Source: Felis catus (taxonomy: Eukaryota). From it: DNA of 64,000 bases. Each line of letters opens with the position of its first letter. Positions within the stretch are counted from its first letter, which is position 1. The notes beneath the pieces are model-generated. The model did not search any database and was not told the origin of the DNA. It saw only the letters and a list, made by a program, of their open reading frames with translations. The position numbers and the translations under genes were made by a program. The DNA lies in the NCBI RefSeq assembly GCF_018350175.1, contig NC_058368.1, forward strand, positions 15,998,001-16,062,000, read 5' to 3'. Shown here in pieces: positions 52,831 through 64,000 of this stretch.

Positions 52831-54362
52831 GAGACTAAATTCAGACCTCTGGTTCCTAGTCCAAGGCACTTTCAGCTTATCATAGTGGTTGTGAGAGGAA
52901 CTGCTGGACTTCTACTCTATGGCGGAAGGTATATAAAAACACTTTCTTTTAGGCTCCAATATTACCATGAAAGTATTAGTATATTATGATCTGGTGGCTA
53001 TTTAAAGCATATGGATCGCTCCTAAACATAAATTGCTTTGGGAAGTACATGATGGGATATAAAGCATATATAAGTTCTATATTTTTTCTCTCAGATGTCC
53101 TACAGACATGTAATAAATAAAAGTGAGGAACTAAAAGTAATTATTTCTGTGAAACTAGAAATAAATGAGTAATAAGGCCAAATATAAGGGTTTTTTGGGG
53201 GGGGGGGTGGGGTGTTAAAAGAAAATTTTGAACTTGAAAACTATGAAGACCTATATAAGAAAAGGAAAAAATATTGCTAGGAAAATTCCCAAGTACACTG
53301 GATTTATAGAATTTTGGAACCACAAGAGAACATCTGTTGATATTGGACACTTTGCTTAAATTCTCATCTGTAAAAAAATCTTAAATCCATATAATTCACC
53401 TCTATTATTCATTTAAAAACTAACAAAATCATGAATGCAGTTGGACAAGTTGAATCGTCTGGGGTATAATATAGATTAATGACACTCCTTAGAAGTGCAC
53501 TTAGAAAAGCACTCAAGGAATGATAATATTTCAATCTGCTGTAACATGTAAATAAGTAAGCAAATAATGAGTAAAATGTATATCCACATATAATGTGGTT
53601 TTCTTTATTACCTTTTCCCCTTGTTGTCCTGAAACACCCTTCTACTTGAAGGATGACTAAAGAAATAAGCAGCCTCTGACATCCAAAATATGATATTGCA
53701 ACAAGCAACTAGCCTTGAAAGTTAGATTACTCTCTTGAGGCAGGCTTCTAAAAATTGTGTTTTCTCTCCTTTTAAACAATCAGCAACAAAGCCTGGAGAA
53801 TATAGGCTCACAGAATTCCACCTTCATACATATGATATTACTCTGTAAAGCCATGAAATCTCTGCCCAGTGGGAGAAGGAGGGCATGACACAGGGGAGGT
53901 AAAACAAAAGGCAACCTGTTGTCCATCATGAAGGAATTGAGGGGTAAAGAGGAGAGATCAGTCAGGCAGATGTATGCTCTGATTTTCTACTCTCCAAGCT
54001 TTGGCCTGGAAAAAGAGAGGTATGTTAAGAGAGTGGAGGTAACAAGAGGAGAAAGCTTTCCTTGACTCCCACCACTTGTGCCCTGCTTCCAGACCTCCCC
54101 CTCTCCCACCATAATGCCCATTTAGAATTCTTGACTGGCTGACACTGTAGAGAAACAAAGGGAATGCCTGAGGCTGAGTTTTCCTCATCTGCCTTTGGTT
54201 TCCTTGAGACATAGATGGGTCTCAGAGGAGAGTCTGTCTGGGTTGAGCTTGCCGGAGAGGCTCACCTTAGCAGAGGCAAGGTGGATGGCCAAGGGAGAGA
54301 GAGTAAACTGCCCAGACTGCAGACAAATGGGAGTTCTAACTGACTTTAAAGAGTTATTAGTA

Positions 54363-54589
54363 GGGGCGCCTGGGTGGCGCAGTCGGTTAAGCGTCCGACT
54401 TCAGCCAGGTCACGATCTCGCGGTCCGTGAGTTCGAGCCCCGCGTCGGGCTCTGGGCTGATGGCTCAGAGCCTGGAGCCTGTTTCCGTTTCTGTGTCTCC
54501 CTCTCTCTCTGCCCCTCCCCCATTCATGCTCTGTCTCTCTCTGTCCCAAAAATAAATAAACGCTGAAAAAAAAAATTAAAAAAAAAAAA
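54363..54589 (+). mobile_element. Young SINEC_Fc SINE
   Basis: CpGs intact, long A-tail, perfect TSD aaagagttattagta at 54348-54362 and 54590-54604. Confidence 0.97.
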
Positions 54590-55358
54590 AAAGAGTTATT
54601 AGTATATGTGGGAACTGAGGCAAGGCTGAGTCAGCCAGGCAGTCCTAGTGTGGACTTGAACAAGCAGGTAGAAAATGAGTAGCTGCAGGAACAGACTTCG
54701 GTCATGAATGCCAGGAGGCAAGCAGCAGCAGGGTGAAAAAGGACATTGCCCTGAGACAATGTAGAGGACGAAGGAGAGGACCACTGAAGGTGACTCAGTT
54801 CACAGCCCTCTAGGGAACAAAGCAAGGGGAGGAAAGTTTTTCTGAGATCCTGAGCATATTTGTCCAAGAGAGAGTGCGCTAGCTAAAGGGACAGTGTAAA
54901 TGTTTAGATCAGGCCAAGTTTAAATTGGACTGGACATTTACTTCATCCTCCCATGTCCATTCTTTGCTCTGCTTCTAACCAGAGGGTTGAAAATAACCAT
55001 GAGGGAGATCAGGTAATCCACAGACAAAATTAACAAGTTAAATTTTTTTCACATGCATGAATGATACTTGGTAATATCTAATTTCCTAATTGTGTGAGTA
55101 GAATTTACTTTTCCTTGATTACTAGTGAGGCTAATTGTGTCTTCCCAGTGATTTTATTTTCCCTTCCATGCATTGCTTATTCATGTACTTTGCTCTTTTT
55201 CTCTATTGACTCCTGCCTTTTCTTGCTGGACTGACAGATACTTTAGTATATTTTTAATACAAATCCCATGTCAGCTTTTGCTGTCACAGATAAATTTCCC
55301 CATCTGGTCTGTTGAATTTTCCTTGATGACCTTTATTTAATAGAAATCTTTAAGGTAG

Positions 55359-55542
55359 CCTAGGTGGCTCAGTTGGTTAAGTGTCTGACTCTTGGTTTTG
55401 GCATGGGATGGAGCCACGTGTCGGGCTCTGCACTGAATGTAGAGCCTGCTTGGGATTCTCTCTCTCCCTCTCTCTCTCTGCCCCTCCTCTGCTTGCTTGC
55501 ATTCTCTCTCTTGTTCTCTCAAAATAAATTAATTAATTAAAA
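55359..55542 (+). mobile_element. Older carnivore SINE, slightly 5'-truncated and internally deleted
   Basis: TSD aaatctt(t/g)aaggtag. Confidence 0.9.
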
Positions 55543-55988
55543 AAATCTTGAAGGTAGTCAAATCCATATAGTTTAGTTTATACATTTTGTTGTCATTGTT
55601 TAGGAAATCACTTCTCATTCTGAGCTTCTAAAGATACTTTCTTCTGGTAGCTTTATAAGTGATATTTTGTATTTAGGCCTGTGAGCATTTTCATGGAAGG
55701 CCATTTTTGATCACTATTTCCTTTATTCATCATGGACAACTTTGTCAGTTCCAAAGGACTGTCTCCCTTATGGCCTGTTTTCTATACTTCTCTTTCTATT
55801 CATTTAATTTATGAATTATGATCTATTTCATCTTCTCATTTTATAGTTGAAGAAGGCAGCCAGAGAGATCAAAGAGACCAAGGATGACAAGGACCCCAAA
55901 GGGTGACTTCTTAAATACTTGCTAAGAGAATTCTTCTGCCCAGAGGGAGCTATTTTGGCTCATTCATAAGTTTAAAAATAGATTAATT

Positions 55989-56206
55989 GGGGTGCCTGGG
56001 TGGCTCAGTCAGTTGAGCATCTGACTTTGGCTCACTCAGATCATGATCTCGCGGTTCCTGAGCTCGAGCCTCCTGACGGGCTCTTTGCCGACAGTTGGAG
56101 ACACTGAGTCTGCTTTGGATTCTGGGTCTCCCTCTCTCTCAGCCCCTCCCCTGCTCGTTCTCTGTCTCTGTCTCTCTCTCAAAAAATAAAAATAAACATT
56201 TAAAAA
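55989..56206 (+). mobile_element. Carnivore SINE
   Basis: ggggtgcctgggtggctcagtcag head, CT region, A-tail; TSD-like atagatt. Confidence 0.93.
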
Positions 56207-56409
56207 ATATAGATTTAAGGTTTGATTTTTCCAGATACTGCAGTTGGGGAAACTAATATACTAGAAAAGTGGGCAAGGATATAAATAGGAAATTTATAAA
56301 GGGTAACCAAAATAAACTTCACAGAAGAACTATGAAGAAAAAAGAAGTACCTGGGAGTATCAGAGCAAATGAGCCTTACATAATGTGTACATACAATTTG
56401 GTCTAAAGA

Positions 56410-56662
56410 ATTGGTGTTCAACTTGGGGGGATTTTTCCCCCCTTCCTCTACTCCTCTGTTCTCCCCGGACATTCGATAATGTTTGGTGACATTTTGGGTT
56501 GTCATAAATGGGAGAGAGGGTGGTACAGAGAGTGTTGTTACTGGCATCTGGTGGATACAGACTAGGGATATTGCTAAATATCCTACAATGTACAGGACAG
56601 CCCCTTCCAACAAAGAGTTATCAGTCTCTAATTGTTAATAGTGCTGTGGTTGAGAAATCCTA
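56410..56662 (+). mobile_element. MER20-like hAT-Charlie DNA transposon
   Basis: gacattttgggttgtcat...tactggcatctggtggatacaga...atattgctaaatatcctacaatgtacaggacagcccc...gtgctgtggttgagaaatcct. Confidence 0.85.
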
Positions 56663-57025
56663 TTTGAAGAGATCATTCAGAGCTTGAGAAAGCAGTGACC
56701 CAAATCGGTGACATCAAGTGGCAATTGTGAGAATGAGGGGAATTGATTTAAAAGCGTACCTAAGTTGGAGGCTATGTGAACTGATAGAAGTGTCCTTTTT
56801 GGGAGACATAGCCATAGCTGTAAGCAGAAATTTAAAGACTGAAAAACACCAAATCCTACCTAAAGCAAAATCACATCACATATGCACGGTTATTTATGTT
56901 AAACACCTGCTGTAGGATTGCTATAACAGGCCATACAAGATGATCTGCAGTCAAGCTTCTCTTTCAGAGAACCCTCAGAATGCTTGCCACACCCATAGTC
57001 TTTATCTACATGTTGCTATGCTCTT

Positions 57026-57374
57026 GTCTTCATCTGTTTGCACTCCTATAACAAATTACCATAAACGGAGTAGCTTATGAACAACAGAGATTTATTTCTC
57101 ACGCTTCTGGAGGCTGAAGGTCTAAGATCAGGGTGCCAGCATGATCATGTGAGGGCCCCCTTCTGGGTTTCAGACTTCTCATTGTATCTTTACATGTTGG
57201 GCTCTGTTGGGCTTCTTTCATAACAGCTCTAATCTCATTTATGAGGGCTCTGCTCTCATGACCTACTCTCTTCCCAAAGGCCCTACCTCTAAATGCTATC
57301 ACCCTGGGGATTAGGTTTTAATATTTCAATGTTAGGTTTGAGTAGGGTAGGCACACAAACAATTGGACCATAGT
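57026..57374 (-). mobile_element. MaLR solo LTR (MLT1A-like)
   Basis: ctataacaaattaccata...atttatttctcacgcttctggaggctg...tctaagatcagggtgccagcatg. Confidence 0.82.
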
Positions 57375-58259
57375 GGCACTATTCCCTGAGCATCTCATCT
57401 CTCCACCCTCTCACCACTGGCCTCTGCTGAATTCCACAACACATGGATACCTAACTCTGTTACGTTTTCAAGCCATAAGGCTTCCAAGAGCCAAAATGTG
57501 ATCTTTGGCCACTGGTAAATGACAGCCTACTCAGATCCATCAGTGGGAAAGTTTGAATTTTGTACTTGTAGAGGGAGACTTGATTAGCAACTGTGCAGAA
57601 AGAGGAAGTAGAATCTTTTCCTGTGTGTCAAATTAAACTGAAGTGATTAGGGAATAGGCCAAAATCTATTATCAGTCAGGTTCAGTTTCCAAAGGCTCAG
57701 ATCTGCAGGATCGCAGAGGTAGAAGTCCTCTGTCCCACAGAGGGACAGCATTCCAAGAGCCAGTGTAGTACCACTAAATGGGGGAAGAGAATAAAAAAGA
57801 GAAGTAATAAACAGTGTCCTATGGACAGGTTTGGACCTCAAGGTGGAAAGCACTGCCTTTTGCCTTTAGATATTCTTGGGGTGGGTAGATAAAGACAGGC
57901 ATAGTTAATAAGTGGTTGCTGGCTTCCAGGCTGAAGCAAGTTTCTCCCTATAAGTGCCCATGATAGCAATTTTGGCAGTAGACAAGCCACTGGATGCTCT
58001 GGGGAGTCTTCCTTGTTCCAAAGCCTATGTACCTCTTCCTAGACCACATTGTGGGGGAAATATTTCAGAAAAGAATTGTAGTAGTTTTTCACATCCTAGA
58101 TGCTGAGGGTTTAGAGACAACTGGTTACTTATTCGATGAATGATATAGTTCTTTGGTTTTCATAAACATTATCAGACCTATCAGATTATGGAATATTGCT
58201 AACAGTTATGGATTATTAATGATAACTCTCAACTTTAATCTAAATTCTAGATGGTACCA

Positions 58260-58510
58260 TTATTATTTACTGAGTGTTTTTTTTTTTTATGTGACACACA
58301 TGGTTCTAAATTCTTTCAATGTATTAACTGTTAATTCTGATGCAGAGCCTGTAAAGTTAGTACTATATTTTATCCCCATTCGTCCCACAAGTTTTGGAAC
58401 TGAGGTACAAAGACATTATGCAACTTGCTCATGGCTACATAGCCAGCAAACAGCAGGCTAGGGTAGTATCCAGGAAAGTCTATTTCCAGAACCCCCTATC
58501 TCAGCTCTAT
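58260..58510 (-). mobile_element. MIR relic
   Basis: tattatttactgagtg...tatccccatt...gaactgaggtacaaaga...caacttgctcatggctacatagc. Confidence 0.55.
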
Positions 58511-59351
58511 TTCCTCCCTGAGGACAGTATCTTAGTATTCACATTCATCTGGTCCCATCAAATACTAGAGGCATCCACTCCATCTCACTGGGGTTGGTTA
58601 GCATGCTTATTTTGACTTTTAAGTCCGGGTGACAGAGGCTCTTCCCACCACGCAATAGGTGTTCGGTGGATATCCTCAGTGGTTGCTAAAGCTCAGCCTG
58701 TGTGTGGCTCTTTTCCCACAATAACTGGGTGAGGTACTTTGTGAAGAAGGGGAAGTTCTTACTCAAATGGTGACATTGGCTACCCAACTAGGACTGTAGA
58801 TCTTACTACAAGGCCTCTAGACATTTGAACAGTGGCCATAGCAGCAATTCTTGTTGGTCACTTGCCAGTACCTTCTGAGGCAGCACCCCATTCTTGGGAC
58901 TCTCTTGGCTTTCAGGCCCCTGGCAGTTAGATTCCTTCCTCCTCCTGCCTTTCTTACATTCCTTTCCAAGCATCCCCACTTCTGCTTTCTCCATGGCTTT
59001 GTTTCCCTATTTCTTTTGTCTCATAACACTGAACTTGATATCTAATCTGGAAGGTCTGTGATATCCTATTTAAAGTTGCTTCCAAAAATAATTGCAATAG
59101 AAAACCTGACTACTCCTCCATTTAGGTAGAGAGAATTCCTCATTAGAAACACAATATCTGGTTCTTACTCCCTGGATCTTAGGGCAAAGTTTCAAATTCC
59201 ACTAAGGGGAGGGTTGCCTTGCCTTTTAGCCAAAATAATGAATCTATGGAATACAACTGAGGTTTTATATTTAAAAATAGGTTAAATATTTGTGTTGTGT
59301 TATAATTGGCTGATAGAAGGCTATAAGAAATCTTAAACTCTTTTATAATTA

Positions 59352-59560
59352 TTTTTTTTAATGTTTGTTCATTTTTAAGAGTGAGAGACACAGAACACAA
59401 GCAGGGGAGGTGGAGAGAGAGAGGGACACACAGAATTCGAGACAGGCTCCAGGCTCTGAGCTGTCAGCACAGAGCTGGATGTGGGGCTCAAATTCAAGGA
59501 CCACGAGATCATGACTTGAGCTGAAGTTGGACACTTAACTGACTGAGGCACCCAGGTGCC
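59352..59560 (-). mobile_element. Carnivore SINE
   Basis: SINEC reverse complement; degenerate TSD actc...ta(t/c)aatt. Confidence 0.93.
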
Positions 59561-59639
59561 ACTCCTTACAATTCTTAATAGAATATAATCAACGAAGTTC
59601 CAATAGTCCCTAATCTACCATACTCTAAGAAAGAGGTAG

Positions 59640-60130
59640 TGAAGAAGTTTAGGACATACCATCCCAAAATATGTCACTTTGACATATTGATTATTCTGAG
59701 CTAAAGGCACTTTAAAATCAAAGTGCAAGAAGGACACTCAGACATCCCCCTTTCTTCCTGAAAGCAGGACATAAAATTCCCATGTATAAGATGCCCTCCC
59801 AGTACCAGGAGTAAAGAGACATTCTTACCATCGAAGATGTAGAGTCCAAGTGGAGAGAAATTTGTACAAATAGACTGTGTTAAAATAGTTCTTAGCTTCC
59901 TTTAGTCTCCCATATATTTTAATTACTTTTCTACAACTGCCACTGTTTGTTCAATCTGGTATGTAAGCACTTAGGCCTAGCCATTCTTTGGGTCTTCATT
60001 TTTCTCGTAAAGACTACAATTTATATATAAAAATTACTAAACAAAATTTCCGAGTTTTTCTCCTGTTCAATTCTGAGGCCCATCTGAAAACCATAAGAAG
60101 GTCTAGAGAAGAATTTTTTCCTCCCCTACA
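59640..60130 (+). mobile_element. ERV1 solo LTR (MER34A-like)
   Basis: TG...CA termini; ccatcccaaaatatgtcactttgacatattgattattctgagctaaaggca and cctcccctaca resemble recalled MER34A consensus. Confidence 0.8.
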
Positions 60131-62699
60131 ATGGAACATACCTGGGTAGTAGAAAGAAGTTTAGAGTCAGATGGTTTGGGATTCAAATCTTGATTCTAAC
60201 ACTTGAGATTTATGGCTCTTGAATAAATAACTTACAGTTTTCTGAGTCTCTGCTTACAGCACTGATTATGATCATGTGGTGGTGAGTGCATATGGTGGTA
60301 GGTGCTGGGGTTGGGGGCCAGAGGACACTAATTACTTGCTCTAAGAAATTCTTCCAAGTGAAAGGGACTTTATTAGCATATGAATTCCCCCCTGCCCCCA
60401 GCACCTCTCCAGGGAAGGAGTGGTTTATGAGTGGTGAGTTAGAGTGAGGAACTGGGCATGCTTCACCCAAGCAATCCTTCTCACCTATCCCACCCCCATG
60501 AACGTGGGTCAATCTGACTAATTCTATGGCTCAACAACACCTAGCCATTTTCTCTCACATAGCCTTTGTCAGTAATGAGGTGACACTTCAATCTCTTTCT
60601 GCCTTAACTGTTTCTTTTTTAATGGGTTCCAATCTTTAGGAAAGGGGGAAGTATTTATGGAGTCTCTCAAATTCTAAGAGAGTCAATATATTTTATAAAT
60701 GGCTAATTTTTAAAAGTGTTTTACGAATGTTAGTTTTCTTTCTCTCTTTCAGTTGACTATCCTGACACATATCTAAGCCAGTCTTTTCTACCACAGCCTG
60801 TTTCCTCTTATTCAGTTTTCACAGGAAATAAATTGATGGTGGAAGGAAAACAGCTGGTTGCAATTTCTTTGAAGTTTTTTAATCAGAAAATTCCCTGGTT
60901 TATTTTATTTGGCTACTTTCTAGGGCACAACTGTTTAGCTTGAACATTTAAATATCTTTCTCAAACCTTCCATGAAAGATTTGCAACCCAAAGGGTATGA
61001 ACTTATAAACTAGAACTGTTAATGGAGATGAAAGGTAAACCTTAAACAACTGAATTAAAGATCCTCCAATGTATTTAAACTTAGTCTTATATAGACTTAG
61101 GAAACTAGAAACATTTGTCCTTGGGGGCCATTGGACTAATGATACATTTCTGCATTCTAATATAGTACATTGAAGGGGAAATATAGTACATTGAAGCGAG
61201 TGAGTAAGTTATTACTGTGTCACTAAGGACTTTATTTCCAGAGTTATTCCCATGCCATAGTTGAAACTTTTTTGTGACTTACACTGCTCTGGTTAAAATT
61301 TTTGTCTTAAATGCTTCTCAATTCTATAATATTAATTCATGCTTAGTCTGACTTTCTCTATTTAGGTCAAGAGAAATAAAGAAGTGATAGGAAAAGCCCT
61401 ACCATTGAGAATTAAACAGATATATTATTTGGATTTATCAAACTGATCACAGCTGCTCACATTTACTGTATCCATTAGTACCCCATTTACTTTTTGCAGA
61501 TACAAGCTCAATGGGAAAAAAGCAGAAAAAAGAAGTCACACAGGGATACTCAGTGTTAAAAACTAATATGTTCTGATGTTCTCTCCTTCCACCTACTTTT
61601 AGCCTTCCAGCCCAGTCTCTACAGTTCACGAAGTGTTTTTTCTAATCATTAATCTGTTTATATCCTTCTGGCATGAAGCTCTCCAGTGACTTCCTGTCTC
61701 CCACAGGGTCAAGTTCTAGTTTGTTAGCTTTGCATACAAAACTATGAAGGAACTAGCCTCTTATCAGCATATCCTCCCCAAACTTCAGGCTGTCAAAGTA
61801 TATATGCTTCACAGTGTTAGTTGTGAGGAAGTCAGACATCATTGGTTCCTTTAGTTACTAGGGTTTTATGGTGAGGATGTATGGCGAACTATGGGGAGTC
61901 TCATAGTCTCTTAGCCAGCCTTGTGGGGAGTAAGGACTATTGTCCCAGATCAGCCCAACTCACTCAATAGCAATCCCATAGCTCCTCAGAAAAGGGCAAT
62001 TTTGGGTCTCTCTTCTAGGGTCTACTTTTCTTTCTACCTGCTTTGTCTTCCTGCACTTTTCCTGACTGCCTCTTTGTCTTTCTCCATCACTATCTGCACA
62101 TGTGAAAGAACAATGAAAAAGTAGTAACTGGGCATTCTTTCCTTAGCGACTTGGAAAAAAAGCCTTCTCCAAAAGATCTCTAGATTTGATTACTCTATAA
62201 TGGAACTCAAAAGAGGAGACTGATTGCCCTACAAAGGAACTCCTGATCAGGTACTAGGCCATGGGAGTCCTTATGGGCAGTTCTGTTAGAGTCCACATGA
62301 CTGACACAAGTATCATACCCTCCTTCTCTCTCAGTGAGTCTGGAGATGAATTGGACAGCTACAAAAACCTTTATCCAGAATTCTTAGCTTTACAAATAAG
62401 CAGGAATAGGGGTTAGTTTGAGGTCCCTCAGACCCTCAAGGGGACTGGAGTTCTTATGCCAAGGTCAGGGTTCAATGGAGATGTGGGGAAGAATTATACT
62501 TCTTGAGACTTTCAGATGCTTGTTCACAGGTGACTGTGTTCCCCATGATCCTTGGCACCAGGATGAGGGGAACAGATAATAGTTTATAGTTTTAGTGCCT
62601 CTGGGACCTTTGTGCAAACTTGGCTATGCATGGGTAGTTTTGGGTCCCTACAAATCTCCATTGTTAGGACTTACACTAGGTAATGTATTATTGGAATAA

Positions 62700-64000
62700 A
62701 TGTATTATTTATGTGTACTCAGGCTCACCTTCACCTCTAACCCCTGATGGGATTTACTTCAATTAGTGCCATCTTAGTGGGGCATATGGAAGATCCTGAA
62801 TTTACCTGACTACCAGTGCGTTGTGCCATTATGTCCCCAAAACAGTATCAGCTGCCTGGGGGAGAAAAAGACAAAATGCTCTGTTTCCAAGCTTAAGAAA
62901 TCCAAAGTGAAATTATTTCTCCATTTAAGAGTCCCATCTGGCCTGTGTGCAAGACCTCTGGTAGCTAGAGAATTACCACTGAGGAAGCTCAGTATTATAG
63001 TACTGTCCTTGGCACTGGTGTAGCTAACATTGTGACTTCCCTGGAGGCTATTGCTCAAGCTAAGGGAACTTGGTATGTGGCATTTGATATCTAAAATGCA
63101 TTTTTGAGCATCACTTTCCATCCAGATAAATTTGCCTTTATTGGAATAGATTGCAGTATGCCTTTAATGTCCTTCCACAAGGCTATGTAAAGTCCTTGGC
63201 TACATGCAATGAATAGGTATGCTGTGATCTGGCAAAAGCCTCATTCCCCAGGGGCACCTGGCTGGCTCAGTTGGTTGAGTGTCCGACTTTGGCTCAGGTC
63301 ATGATCTCGTGATTTGTGGGTTTGAGCTGTGTGTTGGGCTCTGTGCTGACAGCTCAGAGCCTGGAGCCTGCTTCAGATTCTGTGTCTCCTCCTCTCTCTG
63401 CTCCTCCCATGTTCATGCTTTGTCTCTGTCTCTCAATGAATAAACATTAAAAAAAAAGTAAAAAAAAAAGCCTCACTCCCTGGGGGAGCATTGGCCTTCC
63501 ACTATATTGGCCTCCTGGTGCATCCAAACAAGGGTACTGCCCAGAAAGGACTGGATAACCTGAGATCATGTTGAGACTCATGCACAACATAGCTGGGTCA
63601 TTAACACAGACAAATTACAAGGACCTAGTATATTCAAATAAAATTTCTGGGAATGATCTGAGATCTGATTCAAGAGGAGACATTTGCCAACCTTTTGACC
63701 CTCTCTGCCCCCACAAATAAAAAAGAGACCTAGTAATTGGAGGGCCTACTTGACTTTGGAGCTCTCACGTAGCCCATGAGAGGTCCTGATGGCATCTCTC
63801 TAGATCATGTTGGGCCTCTTGTCCAGTCCAGAAGGTTGTGCTTGAGTCTGACTGCATTTGACAATTTTTAGGTGGTTGGGCTAGCCATTTCCACTAATTC
63901 AGGCCACACTTTCTAGGACCTACAAGGCCACATTTGTATTCTCTTTGGGTTCCTTGAGCACAATGCTTTTGATAATGGCTCTGGATTTTGGCTCAAGGTA
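62700..64000 (+). pseudogene. Decayed class III (ERV-L) pol: reverse transcriptase region, probably running to the window end
   Basis: Manual translation: SPFKSPIWPVCK (62918), KGTWYVAFDI*NAFLSI (63062), QYAFNVLPQGYVKS (63154), INTDKLQGP and IKFLGMIW-like (~63600-63660); absent from the ORF track because of stops and frameshifts. Confidence 0.85.
63251..63465 (+). mobile_element. Carnivore SINE inserted in the ERV-L RT
   Basis: TSD aaaagcctca(t/c)tccc. Confidence 0.95.

Noticed and set aside
54195..54566. 123-aa ORF
   Set aside because: Mostly read-through into a SINEC element; same for ORFs at 13120, 27738 and 47276.
53640..55060. Possible very old LTR (LTR78-like) around the SINE
   Set aside because: Resemblance too weak to set boundaries or family without a profile search.
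60735..60945. Strong polypyrimidine/AG acceptor followed by an open frame
   Set aside because: No convincing donor and no recognisable peptide.

Overview
AT-rich, transposon-dense mammalian DNA, almost certainly from a felid: it carries about 20 tRNA-derived carnivore SINEs (SINEC_Fc-type) and L1_Fc-type LINEs. I found no host exon, RNA gene or CRISPR array, and the long ORFs are disrupted LINE-1 ORF1/ORF2 pieces. Contents: two full-length young L1s (1460-7370 and 31142-37077, both +), an older carnivore L1 (~29768-43375) into which the second young L1, a Tigger-like DNA transposon and a SINE inserted, an ancient L1M-type element, MaLR/ERV solo LTRs, MER20/MER45B/MIR/L2 relics and a decayed ERV-L pol at the right edge. 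Most notable: (1) the two young L1s have different TSDs yet share seven disabling lesions and several unusual substitutions, pointing to gene conversion, a defective trans-mobilised lineage or an assembly artefact; (2) the second L1 carries a ~100 bp 3' transduction; (3) a ~500 bp local duplication has a snap-back inverted junction; (4) a TA-flanked Tigger-type element postdates a carnivore L1; (5) a twin-primed inverted L1. Repeat family names come from recall of consensus sequences, not from a database search.
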